DNA of 64,000 bases from Candidatus Omnitrophota bacterium (lineage in GTDB: Bacteria > Omnitrophota > Gorgyraeia > Gygaellales > Profunditerraquicolaceae): contig JAQUOV010000007.1 in NCBI GenBank assembly GCA_028716965.1, positions 58,795-122,794 of the forward strand, read 5' to 3'. Numbering within the stretch: the stretch's first letter is position 1; the number at the start of each line of letters is the position of its first letter. The notes beneath the pieces were generated by a model. That model saw only the letters and a program-made list of their open reading frames with translations, did not search any database and was not told where the DNA came from. Below, in pieces: positions 44,912-54,820 of this stretch. The position numbers were made by a program, and so were the translations under genes.

Positions 44912-47308
44912 ATGCGCAGATCAACCTTCGTACCTTTAGTCGTAACCGTTGCCCTTATTCTTGCCGCCGCCTCTTCTGTCTTTGCCGATGAAAATCCGCA
45001 GGGCCAGCCTCAACAGGATGCAGTTGCCTCTTCCGGAGAGACCTCTTCAGTAAAAAATGTTACCGCCATAGAAGTAAAAGGCAATCAGTCTATCAGCACC
45101 AATGTAATCGTCTCTAAAATGAAGACGCGTATCGGCAGCGCTTACCAGGAAAATATCATCAGCGATGATTTAAAAAGGCTTTATCTGCTGGGTTTCTTCA
45201 GCGATATAAAAATAGATACGCAGGATTATAAAGACGGCGTAAAAGTCATCCTTAATGTCGTAGAGAGGCCGATTATAGCAAAGATTAGTTTTACAGGTAT
45301 AAGCCGCATTACCATGAAGGAGGAGAAGCTGAAGCAGGAATTAAAATCAAAAGAGACGCAGTACCTGGATTACCCCAGCCTGTCGGAAGATGTGCGCACA
45401 TTGAAGAAGATGTATGAGAAGATAGGCTATAACCAGGCTGATGTTACTTATAAAGTTGATACAGATACCAAAACGAATAAAGTCAGCATAAATTTTAATG
45501 TTGTTGAGGGGCAGAAGGTCCGCGTTAAGGATATCATTATCCAGGGGAATAAGTCTTTTCCGAGCGCTCGTATCCTGAAACTGCTCAAGACCAAGCGCGC
45601 CTGGTTTTTTAACGCCGGGGTCTTAAAGGAAGATGTATTAAAAGAGGATATGGAGCGCGTTAAGTCATTCTACCAGCGTGAAGGTTTTACTGATGTGGTG
45701 GTGGAGTATGAGGTTAATCCCGACGCCAAGAAGGCATACCTGCTGTATGTTACGATTAAGGTTACCGAAGGCAAGAAGTATCTTGTAGGTTCGGTCATTA
45801 TCCAGGGGAATAAGGATGTCAGTGAGAAGGCGATCTTAAGCTGCCTGAGCGAGTGTGTGCCGGGCAAGGTTTTTAGCGCGGAGGCAATGAGAAAAGATGT
45901 TATGAGTATACAGGGGGTATATTTTGACCGCGGCTATATTTCCGCACAGGTCCAGGAGTCAACTATAGTCAATCAGGAGACCGGGCGCGTGGATATAACC
46001 TACGGGATTATTGAAAATCAGGTAGTCTATGTGGATAAGATCAAGATCCAGGGCAATATCAAGACCAAGGATGTGGTTATCCGCAGGGAGATGAGGATAC
46101 ACCCGGGAGATAAATTTGACGGAGAGAAGCTGCGCCGCAGCAAAGAAAGGCTGACAAACTTAGGGTTCTTTGAAGAGGTAAGTTATGATACCGAGGATAC
46201 CAAAAGGCCGGATAAAAAGGATTTAGTTGTTGATGTCAAAGAATCTAAAACAGGGGCCTTTAGTTTCGGCGGCGGATACAGCACGGTTGACCAGTTCATC
46301 GGTTTTGTAGAGGTTGAGCAGAAGAATTTTGACTGGAGGAACTGGCCGTATTTTACCGGCGCCGGGCAAAATTTAAAGCTGCGCGCCTCCATCGGAAATT
46401 TAAGCAACGGTTTTGAGCTTAGTTTTACCGACCCCTGGATATTTGATTACCCGGTTTCTTTCGGTTTTGACCTGTACCGCCGCACGCATAAGCGCGATAC
46501 CGACGTAGGTTACGGCTATGATGAAAAGGTAACCGGAGGGGATTTACGTTTAGGCAAAGAGATATCCGAATATTTAAGGGGCGATATTATGTACCGCCTG
46601 GATCAGATTGATATCAGCAATCCTTCAAGCGGTGCGGCTTATTTAAATGAAGAGGTAGGTAAGAATTTTATCAGTGTTATTTCCCCAAGCTTAACTTATG
46701 ATTCCAGGGACAATGTTTTTGATACCAGAAAAGGAAATTTATTAACCGGTTCATTTGATTTTGCCGGCGGTCCATTGGGGGGAGACAAAGATTATTTGAA
46801 ATTCTTCGGCAGGGCCTCGCATTATTTCCCTATGCCGCGCGGAGCTGTTTTGGAGGTAAGGGGAAGAATAGGTTTGGCAAAGCCTTATGGCGATACGGAC
46901 AAAGTCCCTATCTACGAAAGGTTCTTTGCCGGCGGCGCTTACACTATTAGAGGTTATGAAGAAAGAAAAGTCGGCCCTATTGATCCGGGTTCTAGTGATC
47001 CTTTGGGAGGCGCGGCTATGGCGGTAGGTAATATTGAATATACTTATCCTTTGTTCAGCTTCTTAAAAGTCGCGGCTTTTTATGATATAGGTAATGTGTG
47101 GGAGAAATTAGGGGATATCTTCTCTTCAAAGAATACAGATAATCCAATTAACACCGGAAATCTGAAATCCGGTTTAGGTTTAGGTTTGCGTATCAGGACG
47201 CCGATCGGGCCGATAATGCTGGATTATGGTATCCCCATGGATAAAGAACCCGGGGAAAACAGCAGGAAGAGCGGAAGGTTCTATTTCAGCGCCAGCCATG
47301 GATTTTAA
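44912..47308 (+). CDS. bamA: Outer membrane protein assembly factor BamA
   Basis: Signal peptide, multiple POTRA repeats, a C-terminal 16-strand barrel and a terminal aromatic residue (...SHGF). Confidence 0.85.
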   Translation: MRRSTFVPLVVTVALILAAASSVFADENPQGQPQQDAVASSGETSSVKNVTAIEVKGNQSISTNVIVSKMKTRIGSAYQENIISDDLKRLYLLGFFSDIKIDTQDYKDGVKVILNVVERPIIAKISFTGISRITMKEEKLKQELKSKETQYLDYPSLSEDVRTLKKMYEKIGYNQADVTYKVDTDTKTNKVSINFNVVEGQKVRVKDIIIQGNKSFPSARILKLLKTKRAWFFNAGVLKEDVLKEDMERVKSFYQREGFTDVVVEYEVNPDAKKAYLLYVTIKVTEGKKYLVGSVIIQGNKDVSEKAILSCLSECVPGKVFSAEAMRKDVMSIQGVYFDRGYISAQVQESTIVNQETGRVDITYGIIENQVVYVDKIKIQGNIKTKDVVIRREMRIHPGDKFDGEKLRRSKERLTNLGFFEEVSYDTEDTKRPDKKDLVVDVKESKTGAFSFGGGYSTVDQFIGFVEVEQKNFDWRNWPYFTGAGQNLKLRASIGNLSNGFELSFTDPWIFDYPVSFGFDLYRRTHKRDTDVGYGYDEKVTGGDLRLGKEISEYLRGDIMYRLDQIDISNPSSGAAYLNEEVGKNFISVISPSLTYDSRDNVFDTRKGNLLTGSFDFAGGPLGGDKDYLKFFGRASHYFPMPRGAVLEVRGRIGLAKPYGDTDKVPIYERFFAGGAYTIRGYEERKVGPIDPGSSDPLGGAAMAVGNIEYTYPLFSFLKVAAFYDIGNVWEKLGDIFSSKNTDNPINTGNLKSGLGLGLRIRTPIGPIMLDYGIPMDKEPGENSRKSGRFYFSASHGF

Positions 47309-47354
47309 ATAATATAGATAGAAAAAGGCAGTAACACTACAAGGAGGAATCAAG

Positions 47355-47864
47355 ATGAGAAAGGCAACGGTGGTTTTATGGGGATGCTTGGTAGTCCTTA
47401 GTTTGTCTTTATTCACAGGTAGCGCGTTAGCCGCGGATAAATTCGGCTACATTGATTTAAGCCGTACATTCAGCGAATATAATAAAACCAAAGGGTATGA
47501 TAAAACTTTAAACGATAAGGAAAAGGCTTATACCGACGAGCGGGATAAGAAAGTGGCTGAACTTAAATCCCTGCAGGATAAACTTAATTTACTTAATGAC
47601 AAGGAAAGGGAAGCAAAAAGAGGCGAGCTTGATGCCAAGATGAAGGCCTTCCAGGATTCTGACCGCCAGAAGCAGGAGGATTTGCGTAAAGACCAGGATG
47701 AAAAGATGAAAGAGATACTCAAGGATATTGAAGATGCGGTGAAGAAATACGCGGTAAAGGGAGGCTATACCATGATCTTTAATGACCGCGTACTGGTATA
47801 CCAGGATAAAGCCCTGGAGATTACGGACCAGATTATTGCGGATTTAAACAAGGGCGGCAAATAA
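47355..47864 (+). CDS. OmpH/Skp-family periplasmic chaperone
   Basis: Signal peptide. Coiled-coil Lys/Glu-rich body of 169 aa. Located between bamA and lpxD as usual. Confidence 0.75.
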   Translation: MRKATVVLWGCLVVLSLSLFTGSALAADKFGYIDLSRTFSEYNKTKGYDKTLNDKEKAYTDERDKKVAELKSLQDKLNLLNDKEREAKRGELDAKMKAFQDSDRQKQEDLRKDQDEKMKEILKDIEDAVKKYAVKGGYTMIFNDRVLVYQDKALEITDQIIADLNKGGK

Positions 47865-47935
47865 TAATCCACCAAAGCTCTCTGCGATAATTGCGGCATA
47901 TTCGGCGGGATTTCGCTAAATAAAAAACTATAAAA

Positions 47936-48973
47936 ATGCAAAAAACCCTGAATGAAATAGCCAAGCTTATTGACGGCAAGGTCATCGGCGACGGGGATAT
48001 TCTGATTACCGGTATCTCGGGTATTAAAGAAGCGGCAGAGGGGGATATTACCTTTCTGGCCAATCCCAAATACAGCTCGCTTATGGATAAGACGCATGCT
48101 GCAGCGATCATTACTTCGGCTGAGGCGCAGAAGACCGCCAAGCCGGTAATTCTAACTGAAAACCCCTCCCTGGCCTTTGCCAAGATCATCTCTATGTTTA
48201 TGCCTGATGACGCCGGACATCCCAAGGGCATAGATTATACCGTGGTCATGGGCAAAGATGTAACTTTAGGTAAGGATGTAGCTATAGGGCCTTACACGGT
48301 TATCGGGGATAATGTTTTTATAGGGGATAATACGATAATTCACGCCGGCTGTTTTATCGGCCATCATACAAAAATCGGCAGCCAGACTTTAATTTATCCG
48401 CATGTTTCTATACGCGAGCGCATTAGTATCGGAAACCGTGTGATTATACATTCCGGCACGGTGATCGGTTCAGACGGTTTTGGTTTTGCCACGATTAAGG
48501 GCGCGCATCATAAAATACCCCAGGTAGGTACAGTTGAAATTGCCGATGACGTGGAGATCGGGGCCAATGTTACTATTGACCGGGCGCGTTTTGATAAGAC
48601 CGTAATCGGCAAAGGCACCAAGATAGATAATCTTGTGCAGATTGCCCATAACGTAGTTATCGGCGAAAACTCGTTGGTTGTTGCACAGGTAGGCATATCC
48701 GGCAGCACGATTATCGGCAACAATGTGACTTTAGCCGGCCAGGCTGGTTTGGTCGGCCACATTACCGTCGGAGATAATGCGGTTGTCACCGCGCAATCCG
48801 GAGTGGCTAAGTCCGTGCCTGCTGATAGTATGGTTTCCGGTTATCCGGCCAGGCCGTTTATGGTTACGCAAAGGGCAAATGCCAGCCTGCAAAACCTGCC
48901 TAAATTATTTGAACTGGTAAAAGAATTAAAGAAAAAAGTTGAAGAACTGGAAGCCAGATTAAACAGGAAATAA
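47936..48973 (+). CDS. lpxD: UDP-3-O-acylglucosamine N-acyltransferase LpxD
   Basis: N-terminal LpxD domain plus left-handed beta-helix hexapeptide repeats. Confidence 0.88.
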   Translation: MQKTLNEIAKLIDGKVIGDGDILITGISGIKEAAEGDITFLANPKYSSLMDKTHAAAIITSAEAQKTAKPVILTENPSLAFAKIISMFMPDDAGHPKGIDYTVVMGKDVTLGKDVAIGPYTVIGDNVFIGDNTIIHAGCFIGHHTKIGSQTLIYPHVSIRERISIGNRVIIHSGTVIGSDGFGFATIKGAHHKIPQVGTVEIADDVEIGANVTIDRARFDKTVIGKGTKIDNLVQIAHNVVIGENSLVVAQVGISGSTIIGNNVTLAGQAGLVGHITVGDNAVVTAQSGVAKSVPADSMVSGYPARPFMVTQRANASLQNLPKLFELVKELKKKVEELEARLNRK

Positions 48974-50265
48974 TGGAAAAGCAGAAGACAATCGCCAGCA
49001 AGGTCTCGCTTTCTGGCGTGGGGATACATACGGGAAATAAAGTAAATGTTACCTTTAAACCTGCGCAGGCATCTTCCGGTGTGACTTTTATCCGCACTGA
49101 TATAGCCGGATCTCCCAGAATACAGGCTAATGTACAGTCATTCCTGGCGGCTAAATTCAGCCGCCGCAGTTCAATTGGCAGCAATGAGATAGAGGTGCAG
49201 ACGATTGAACATCTTATGTCTGCTTTAGCCAGCCTGGGGATAGATAATATTGATGTAGAAATAGATAATAACGAGCTGCCGGGGCTGGATGGAAGCGCGC
49301 TTAAATTCGTAGAGGCGATTGAAAAGGCGGGGATAGTTGAGCAGGAGCAGGATAAATATACCCATGTAATCAAAGAGCCCATATGTATTGAAGATGGGGT
49401 TTCCTCCATTACCATTGTGCCATCAAATGAGTTTAAGATATCCTATACCTTAAATTATGACCACCCTTTGTTAAAGGCGCAATTCCTGGAGATCTGCGTT
49501 AATGCGGAATCCTTTAAGGCTGAGATTGCCCCGGCGCGTACTTTTTGCCTTGAGAGCGAGGCATCGGAATTACGAAATCAGGGCTTGGGTTTAGGCGCCA
49601 ATTATGAGAATACGCTGGTCGTAGGAAGGGAAGGGGTAATTAAGAATAAACTGAGATTCAACGATGAGTTTGTCAGGCATAAAATACTTGATTTAATCGG
49701 TGATCTTTGCCTGGCTGGATGCCCTATCCGGGGCCATGTGATCGCATTAAAAAGCGGGCATTCTTTAAATTTAAAGATCGCCCGGAAGATTTATGAACAA
49801 AAAATAAAAGCACAAGGAGCCAAGACTATGGAAGGTGTCTTAGACGTTAATGAAATTATGAAGATTATCCCGCACCGGGAACCTTTTTTGTTTGTGGACC
49901 GGGTAACTCACCTGGAAAAAGGCAAACGTGCGGTAGGAGTCAAAAATGTAACTATAAATGACTATTTTTTTAAAGGCCATTTTCCGGGCCGGCCGGTTAT
50001 GCCGGGTGTAATTATAGTTGAGGCTATGGCGCAGGTAGGTGGGGTAATGATGCTTGCCTCTGAAGAAAATAAAGGGAAGTTGGCCTTCTTTTTGTCCATT
50101 GATAATGTAAAATTCCGCAAGCCGGTAGTCCCGGGCGATCAGTTAGTGCTTGAGGTTGAGGCGATAAAGGTAAAGTCCAAAACAGGCCAGGTGCGCGGCA
50201 GGGCGTTAGTAGACGGTAAAGTGGTTGCGGAAGCAGATTTTGTATGCGCTTTAGTGGGTGATTAA
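48973..50265 (+). CDS. lpxC-fabZ: Bifunctional UDP-3-O-acyl-GlcNAc deacetylase LpxC / 3-hydroxyacyl-ACP dehydratase FabZ fusion
   Basis: N-terminal LpxC (HTGNKV, HKILDLIGD). C-terminal hotdog FabZ (GHFPGRPVMPGV). Confidence 0.88.
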   Translation: MEKQKTIASKVSLSGVGIHTGNKVNVTFKPAQASSGVTFIRTDIAGSPRIQANVQSFLAAKFSRRSSIGSNEIEVQTIEHLMSALASLGIDNIDVEIDNNELPGLDGSALKFVEAIEKAGIVEQEQDKYTHVIKEPICIEDGVSSITIVPSNEFKISYTLNYDHPLLKAQFLEICVNAESFKAEIAPARTFCLESEASELRNQGLGLGANYENTLVVGREGVIKNKLRFNDEFVRHKILDLIGDLCLAGCPIRGHVIALKSGHSLNLKIARKIYEQKIKAQGAKTMEGVLDVNEIMKIIPHREPFLFVDRVTHLEKGKRAVGVKNVTINDYFFKGHFPGRPVMPGVIIVEAMAQVGGVMMLASEENKGKLAFFLSIDNVKFRKPVVPGDQLVLEVEAIKVKSKTGQVRGRALVDGKVVAEADFVCALVGD

Positions 50266-50267
50266 AT

Positions 50268-51047
50268 ATGCCGGTACATTCTAGTGCGATCATATCCTCA
50301 AAAGCAAAAATAGGGCCCGGCGTATCTGTCGGCCCTTACAGTATAATCGGCGATAAGGTGACTATCGGTTCCGATACGCAGGTCGGCGCGCACTGCGTCA
50401 TTGAAGGTAATACCACTATCGGAAATGGATGCCAGATATTTACCGGCGCGGTAATCGGCAGCCGTCCGCAGGACCTTAAGTTTAAAGGTGAAGATGTTTT
50501 TCTTCAGATAGGCAGCAATAATATTATCCGTGAGTATTGCACCCTTAATCCCGGGACAGGGGAGGGCGGCAAGACGGTTATCGGGGATAATAATTTGTTA
50601 ATGGCTTACTCGCATGTCGCCCATGATTGCCGCATCGGCAATGGTTGTGTTTTAGCCAATAACAGCACTTTGGCCGGGCATGTTACTATTGAAGACAAGG
50701 CGGTTGTAGGGGGAATAGTCGCTATCCACCAATTTGTCAGGGTCGGCATGCTTTCGATTATCGGAGGTTGCTCCAAGGTTGTCCAGGATATCCCGCCTTT
50801 TTCTACATGCGATGGCCATCCAGCGCGGGTTTACGGTTTAAACCTTATCGGCCTGAGGCGTAAAGGTGTTTCCCGTGAATCCATCAAGCAGATTGCCCAG
50901 GCCTTTAGGCTGGTATTTAATTCCGGGCTATCCGCAAAACACGCTATTGAGAAAGTGGAGAAAGAATTAGCCAAGACCGAAGAGGTGGTTTATTTGGTTA
51001 ATTTTATCAAAAGTTCAGAGCGCGGCCTGTCCCGTTCCTGCCGCTAA
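50268..51047 (+). CDS. lpxA: Acyl-ACP-UDP-GlcNAc O-acyltransferase LpxA
   Basis: Hexapeptide left-handed beta-helix plus the C-terminal LpxA helical domain. Confidence 0.88.
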   Translation: MPVHSSAIISSKAKIGPGVSVGPYSIIGDKVTIGSDTQVGAHCVIEGNTTIGNGCQIFTGAVIGSRPQDLKFKGEDVFLQIGSNNIIREYCTLNPGTGEGGKTVIGDNNLLMAYSHVAHDCRIGNGCVLANNSTLAGHVTIEDKAVVGGIVAIHQFVRVGMLSIIGGCSKVVQDIPPFSTCDGHPARVYGLNLIGLRRKGVSRESIKQIAQAFRLVFNSGLSAKHAIEKVEKELAKTEEVVYLVNFIKSSERGLSRSCR

Positions 51048-51122
51048 ACCAGGGACGTTTCTGTCCCCAAAGCAGGGACGTTTCTTGGCCCAATCGGAGA
51101 ACTGTCCCCTAAAAAAACAAAT

Positions 51123-51926
51123 ATGGAAAAAATTGGTTTAATTGCCGGAAACAAAAAATTCCCACTGCTTTTTGCCGCCAGCGCCAGGAGAAAAGGGCGC
51201 GCAGTTATTGCTATCGCCCTTAAAGGCGATACCTCGCCTAAACTGAAGCAGTTAGTTGATAAAATCTACTGGTTAAGCCTTTCCGAGTTTCATAAAATAT
51301 TCTCTATATTCAAATCTGAAGGAGTTAAAGATGTAGTAATGGCAGGGCAGGTCAGCCCGGCCAGGTTGTTCGGTAAAGAAATCAATCAAAGCGAAGAATT
51401 GAAGCAGATATTGACCAGCCTGAAAGACAAAAAAGCCGATACTTTGTTCAGTGCCGTAGCCCAGAGGCTGGAGGCAGCCGGGTTTAACCTTTTGGATTCC
51501 ACTATCTTTGTCGAGGAGCACTTGCCGCAAAAGGGTACACTTACCAGCCGGCAGCCGGATTTTGATACCTGGGAGGATATTTACTTTGGTTTAAACCTGG
51601 CTAAGGCTGTGGCGGATTTGGATATCGGCCAGACCGTAGCGGTAAAAAGTAAAGCTATAGTCGCAGTGGAAGCTTTTGAAGGGACGGATAATTTGATCCG
51701 CCGCTCAGGCAGGACAGGCAGAGGAAATGTTGTAATTGTAAAAGTAAGCAAGCCGGGGCAAGATATGCGTTTTGATATCCCGGTTGTCGGATTAAATACC
51801 GTAAAGAGCCTGGTTAAGGCAAGGGCTAGGTGCCTTGCTTTTGAAGCCGGCAAAACACTCTTTATTGATAAGGAAGCAAGCCTTAAGCTTGCGGATAAGA
51901 AAGGCATTGCGATAGTTGCGGTGTAA
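51123..51926 (+). CDS. lpxI: UDP-2,3-diacylglucosamine pyrophosphatase LpxI (DUF1009)
   Basis: MEKIGLIAGNKKFPLL N-terminus. The C-terminal ...DLDIGQTVAV...FDIPVVGLNT pattern fits LpxI. Confidence 0.7.
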   Translation: MEKIGLIAGNKKFPLLFAASARRKGRAVIAIALKGDTSPKLKQLVDKIYWLSLSEFHKIFSIFKSEGVKDVVMAGQVSPARLFGKEINQSEELKQILTSLKDKKADTLFSAVAQRLEAAGFNLLDSTIFVEEHLPQKGTLTSRQPDFDTWEDIYFGLNLAKAVADLDIGQTVAVKSKAIVAVEAFEGTDNLIRRSGRTGRGNVVIVKVSKPGQDMRFDIPVVGLNTVKSLVKARARCLAFEAGKTLFIDKEASLKLADKKGIAIVAV

Positions 51927-52017
51927 GTGATGTCGTGGTCGTAAGTTGAGTATTCATAAAAACCTTGACATCGGCTGTTTTGTAGTGTAAAAATAGACAT
52001 ATACAAAGGAGGGGAAT

Positions 52018-52293
52018 ATGCCACGCTTAGCCGGAACAAAATTAACAGAGTTTAAGTTATACGCCCCTGGGGCCAGGAAGGTTGTGCTTACCGGAAGCTT
52101 TAATAAATGGGATACCAACAAATTGCTTGCCAAAAAGGACAGCAAGGGCAATTGGCAGGTAAAGGTTGGGCTTAAGCCGGGAAGGCACGAATATAAATTT
52201 ATCGTTGACGGTTCGTGGATAAATGACCCCCGTTGCACCGCTTGCGTGGCTAATCCACTCGGAACGCAGAATTGTGTAGTTGAAGTAAAATAA
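52018..52293 (+). CDS. Stand-alone CBM48 / AMPK-beta glycogen-binding-like domain protein
   Basis: FxxxAPxAxxVxLxGSFNxWD...GxW...LxPGxHEYKFIVDGSWxNDP pattern. TTGACA-17-TAAAAT promoter at 51958..51986. Confidence 0.65.
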   Translation: MPRLAGTKLTEFKLYAPGARKVVLTGSFNKWDTNKLLAKKDSKGNWQVKVGLKPGRHEYKFIVDGSWINDPRCTACVANPLGTQNCVVEVK

Positions 52294-52325
52294 TTGCATT
52301 CTTCAAGGGGTGTTAAATAAATCTT

Positions 52326-52352
52326 AGGGCGCTGCTTAATCAGTAGCGCCCT
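52326..52352 (+). terminator. Putative intrinsic terminator
   Basis: agggcgctgcttaatcagtagcgccct hairpin, then attcc ttgtt. Confidence 0.4.
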
Positions 52353-52434
52353 ATTCCTTGTTCGCTGACGCTCACAAGGACCGCGTTAGATAAAAACTAT
52401 AAGGTGCTTGATCCTTGTTTACTAAAAGCCTACT

Positions 52435-53154
52435 ATGAAATATATATATGGACCGATAAAATCACGCAGGTTGGGGCTTTCTTTAGGCTTAAGCCTTAGC
52501 GCGGGTAAAATATGCAATTTGGATTGTATCTACTGTCAGTGGGGGAGGACTCCGCTTGTTGTTTCCGAACGGAAGGAATATGCCAAGGCCGATGAGATTA
52601 TCTCCGAGTTGAAGTCCTGGCTGTTAAATAATCCCCGGGAAGCCAAGGAATTGCGTTTTGTTACTCTTTCCGGATTGGGGGAGCCGACATTAAATACGTG
52701 CATCGGTGAATTGATCAGCCGGGTAAGAAAGGTAAGCGGCCTAAAAATAGCCGTTATTACCAACTCTACGCTTTTATGCAAGCCTTCGGTGCGTAAGGCA
52801 ATACTGGGGGCAGACCTGGTCGTGCCTTCTTTAGATACGGTGGATCCGCAGATATTTAAAAAGCTTGACCGTCCTTGCGCAGGCTTAAGATTGGATAAGA
52901 TCATCAAAGGGCTGGTAGCCTTAAGAAAAGAATTCCGCGGTCAGATTTGGCTTGAGATAATGCTTGTCTCGGGCGTAAATGACGATATCCGGCATATCAA
53001 GGAATTAAACAAGTCAATCCAGCGCATAAACCCGGATAAAATTCAACTTAATTCCCCTGTGCGCTCAACCGCGGAAAAAGAGGTATTTCCTGTCAAGAGG
53101 GATAAGTTAGAGATGATCAGGAAGATCCTGGGGGATAAAGCGGAGATTATTTAA
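52435..53154 (+). CDS. Radical SAM protein (small, about 239 aa)
   Basis: CNLDCIYCQ CxxxCxxC motif preceded by GPIKSRRLGLSLG. Confidence 0.7.
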   Translation: MKYIYGPIKSRRLGLSLGLSLSAGKICNLDCIYCQWGRTPLVVSERKEYAKADEIISELKSWLLNNPREAKELRFVTLSGLGEPTLNTCIGELISRVRKVSGLKIAVITNSTLLCKPSVRKAILGADLVVPSLDTVDPQIFKKLDRPCAGLRLDKIIKGLVALRKEFRGQIWLEIMLVSGVNDDIRHIKELNKSIQRINPDKIQLNSPVRSTAEKEVFPVKRDKLEMIRKILGDKAEII

Positions 53155-53158
53155 ATGG

Positions 53159-53231
53159 GCGCCTATTGCCTAATGGACAAGGCACCAGTCTTCGGAACTG
53201 GTTATTGGTGGTTCGAGCCCACCTAGGCGCA
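53159..53231 (+). tRNA. tRNA-Arg (anticodon TCG)
   Basis: Manual cloverleaf: acceptor GCGCCTA/TAGGCGC, anticodon arm CCAGT-CTTCGGA-ACTGG, T-arm GGTGGTTCGAGCCCACC. Confidence 0.8.
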
Positions 53232-53344
53232 TATTGTTCAGAGCCGGTGGATTTTATAAAACGACCTATGCTTTTAGATCTACAATTCACTTATTATTTT
53301 CTAATACGTATGATATAATAAAATGGTATAATTAAAAAAAGGGG

Positions 53345-53725
53345 GTGGGTATGAATAAGATTATTGTTTTTTTGTGCTTAGGATTAATTGGCTGCTCTAC
53401 GGTCCCGCGGGGTAATAAGGTTGTCTGCCCGGCCGCCAAAGAATCGCAGGTTATCGTAATTTCCGAGACCGCCGCCAATTTAAACAGCTTACCTATTGAC
53501 CAAAAGGAAATTGATAATATTATCTATATATTTAGCCAGGCTATCAAGGATAATCCCAGCTACTCCGGGGCTTACTACAATAGGGCAGCTGCCTATTATT
53601 ACAAAAATGACTACGATAAAAGCTGGCAGGATATACATAAAGCGGAAGAATTAGGTATTAAGGCCGATGCAAGGTTGACAGAGCTGGTTGAGAAATTAAA
53701 GAAGGCTTCCGGCAGGCAAAGGTAG
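53345..53725 (+). CDS. Small TPR-like lipoprotein
   Basis: Signal peptide plus lipobox LIGCST. TPR-like segment AYYNRAAAYYYKNDYDKSWQD. Confidence 0.5.
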   Translation: MGMNKIIVFLCLGLIGCSTVPRGNKVVCPAAKESQVIVISETAANLNSLPIDQKEIDNIIYIFSQAIKDNPSYSGAYYNRAAAYYYKNDYDKSWQDIHKAEELGIKADARLTELVEKLKKASGRQR

Positions 53726-53812
53726 CTATCGAGTTGGGGCATCTGTTTTCCGCCGGGTAAAAAGTTCCTTAATATTCTCATATCAGGAAAAAAGTAGCTG
53801 TGGTTTAAGCAA

Positions 53813-54007
53813 ATGTCCGATTATACCTGCCCACATTGCAAGAAAACCATTGATGATGAGGAAGCTGTCTTATGCCTCTATTGCGGGGAGAGCCTTGGCC
53901 GTAACGCAGGCTTTATGGGGAAATTAAGGCACCCCAGGCATACTATAATTACTGTAGTTTTGATTGCCGCGGTATTATTAGGCTTTGTTTTATTGGCAGT
54001 TAAATAA
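53813..54007 (+). CDS. Small zinc-ribbon protein with C-terminal TM helix
   Basis: CPHCKK...CLYCGESL followed by a hydrophobic helix. 64 aa. Confidence 0.35.
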   Translation: MSDYTCPHCKKTIDDEEAVLCLYCGESLGRNAGFMGKLRHPRHTIITVVLIAAVLLGFVLLAVK

Positions 54008-54082
54008 CTCCGGTAAAAAAGAGTTGATTTTGATTTATAACGGCGGGATAATAAGCTAAATCTATAATTAGCTGACGGCTAA

Positions 54083-54592
54083 ATGCCGAAGGAGAGACTG
54101 ATGAAAAAGAAGATAATAGCATTATTGAGCTTGGTTATTGTCGGGTTAATCATAGGGTCTTTTCTGGCAAAGGGGAAGGTAAAAGGCGACGGGCCGTTTA
54201 AAGCTTATTATCCTGACGGCAAGCTGCGGGAGGTCGGAACGCTTAGAAGCGGCAAATTGAACGGGCCGTTTAAGTCATATTATCCAAGCGGGCATCTAAA
54301 ACTGCAATGGTTCTATAAAGACGGCAAGAAAGAAGGAGCGGCCAAATTCTATTTTGAAAGCGGCAAGCTGCAGGCGAGAATAAATTATAAGGATGATGAA
54401 TCGGACGGCGTATCTAAATTCTATTTTGAAAACGGCAAGCTGCAGGCGGAGATGACTTATAAAGCCGGCAAGCTGGACGGCGTATCTAAAACATACCGGC
54501 CCTCCGGGGAGGTTGTATATGTTGATACTTATGAGAATGGCGAAATGAAGGCCCGGAAATCCACCGAGAACAACAAACCGGAGGTCAAATAA
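54083..54592 (+). CDS. MORN-variant repeat protein (YwqK-like) with N-terminal TM helix
   Basis: Repeated YYPDGKL..G......G..K.YY.SG motifs. Confidence 0.6.
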   Translation: MPKERLMKKKIIALLSLVIVGLIIGSFLAKGKVKGDGPFKAYYPDGKLREVGTLRSGKLNGPFKSYYPSGHLKLQWFYKDGKKEGAAKFYFESGKLQARINYKDDESDGVSKFYFENGKLQAEMTYKAGKLDGVSKTYRPSGEVVYVDTYENGEMKARKSTENNKPEVK

Positions 54593-54716
54593 GATATTAT
54601 CCCCGGTTCTTTGCTAATTCCTACGCACTGCCATATCCTTTCAGGAAATTAAATTGCCAGAGACGATCGTTTACCCCAAAAGCAGCCTTATAGATAAGCC
54701 GTTAATCCAAATTGAG

Positions 54717-54745
54717 GTTGCAAATTCAGTTGTTTTAAGTTAGAA
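54717..54745 (+). promoter_or_regulatory. Sigma70-like promoter TTGCAA-17-TAGAAT for tRNA-Lys
   Basis: Boxes about 75 nt upstream of the tRNA. Confidence 0.4.
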
Positions 54746-54820
54746 TACTTTAATCTTGGGGCCATTAGCTCATACCCTGACGGGCATGAACTAATGGGAT
54801 GTAAAGAAACCCGAATTTGA

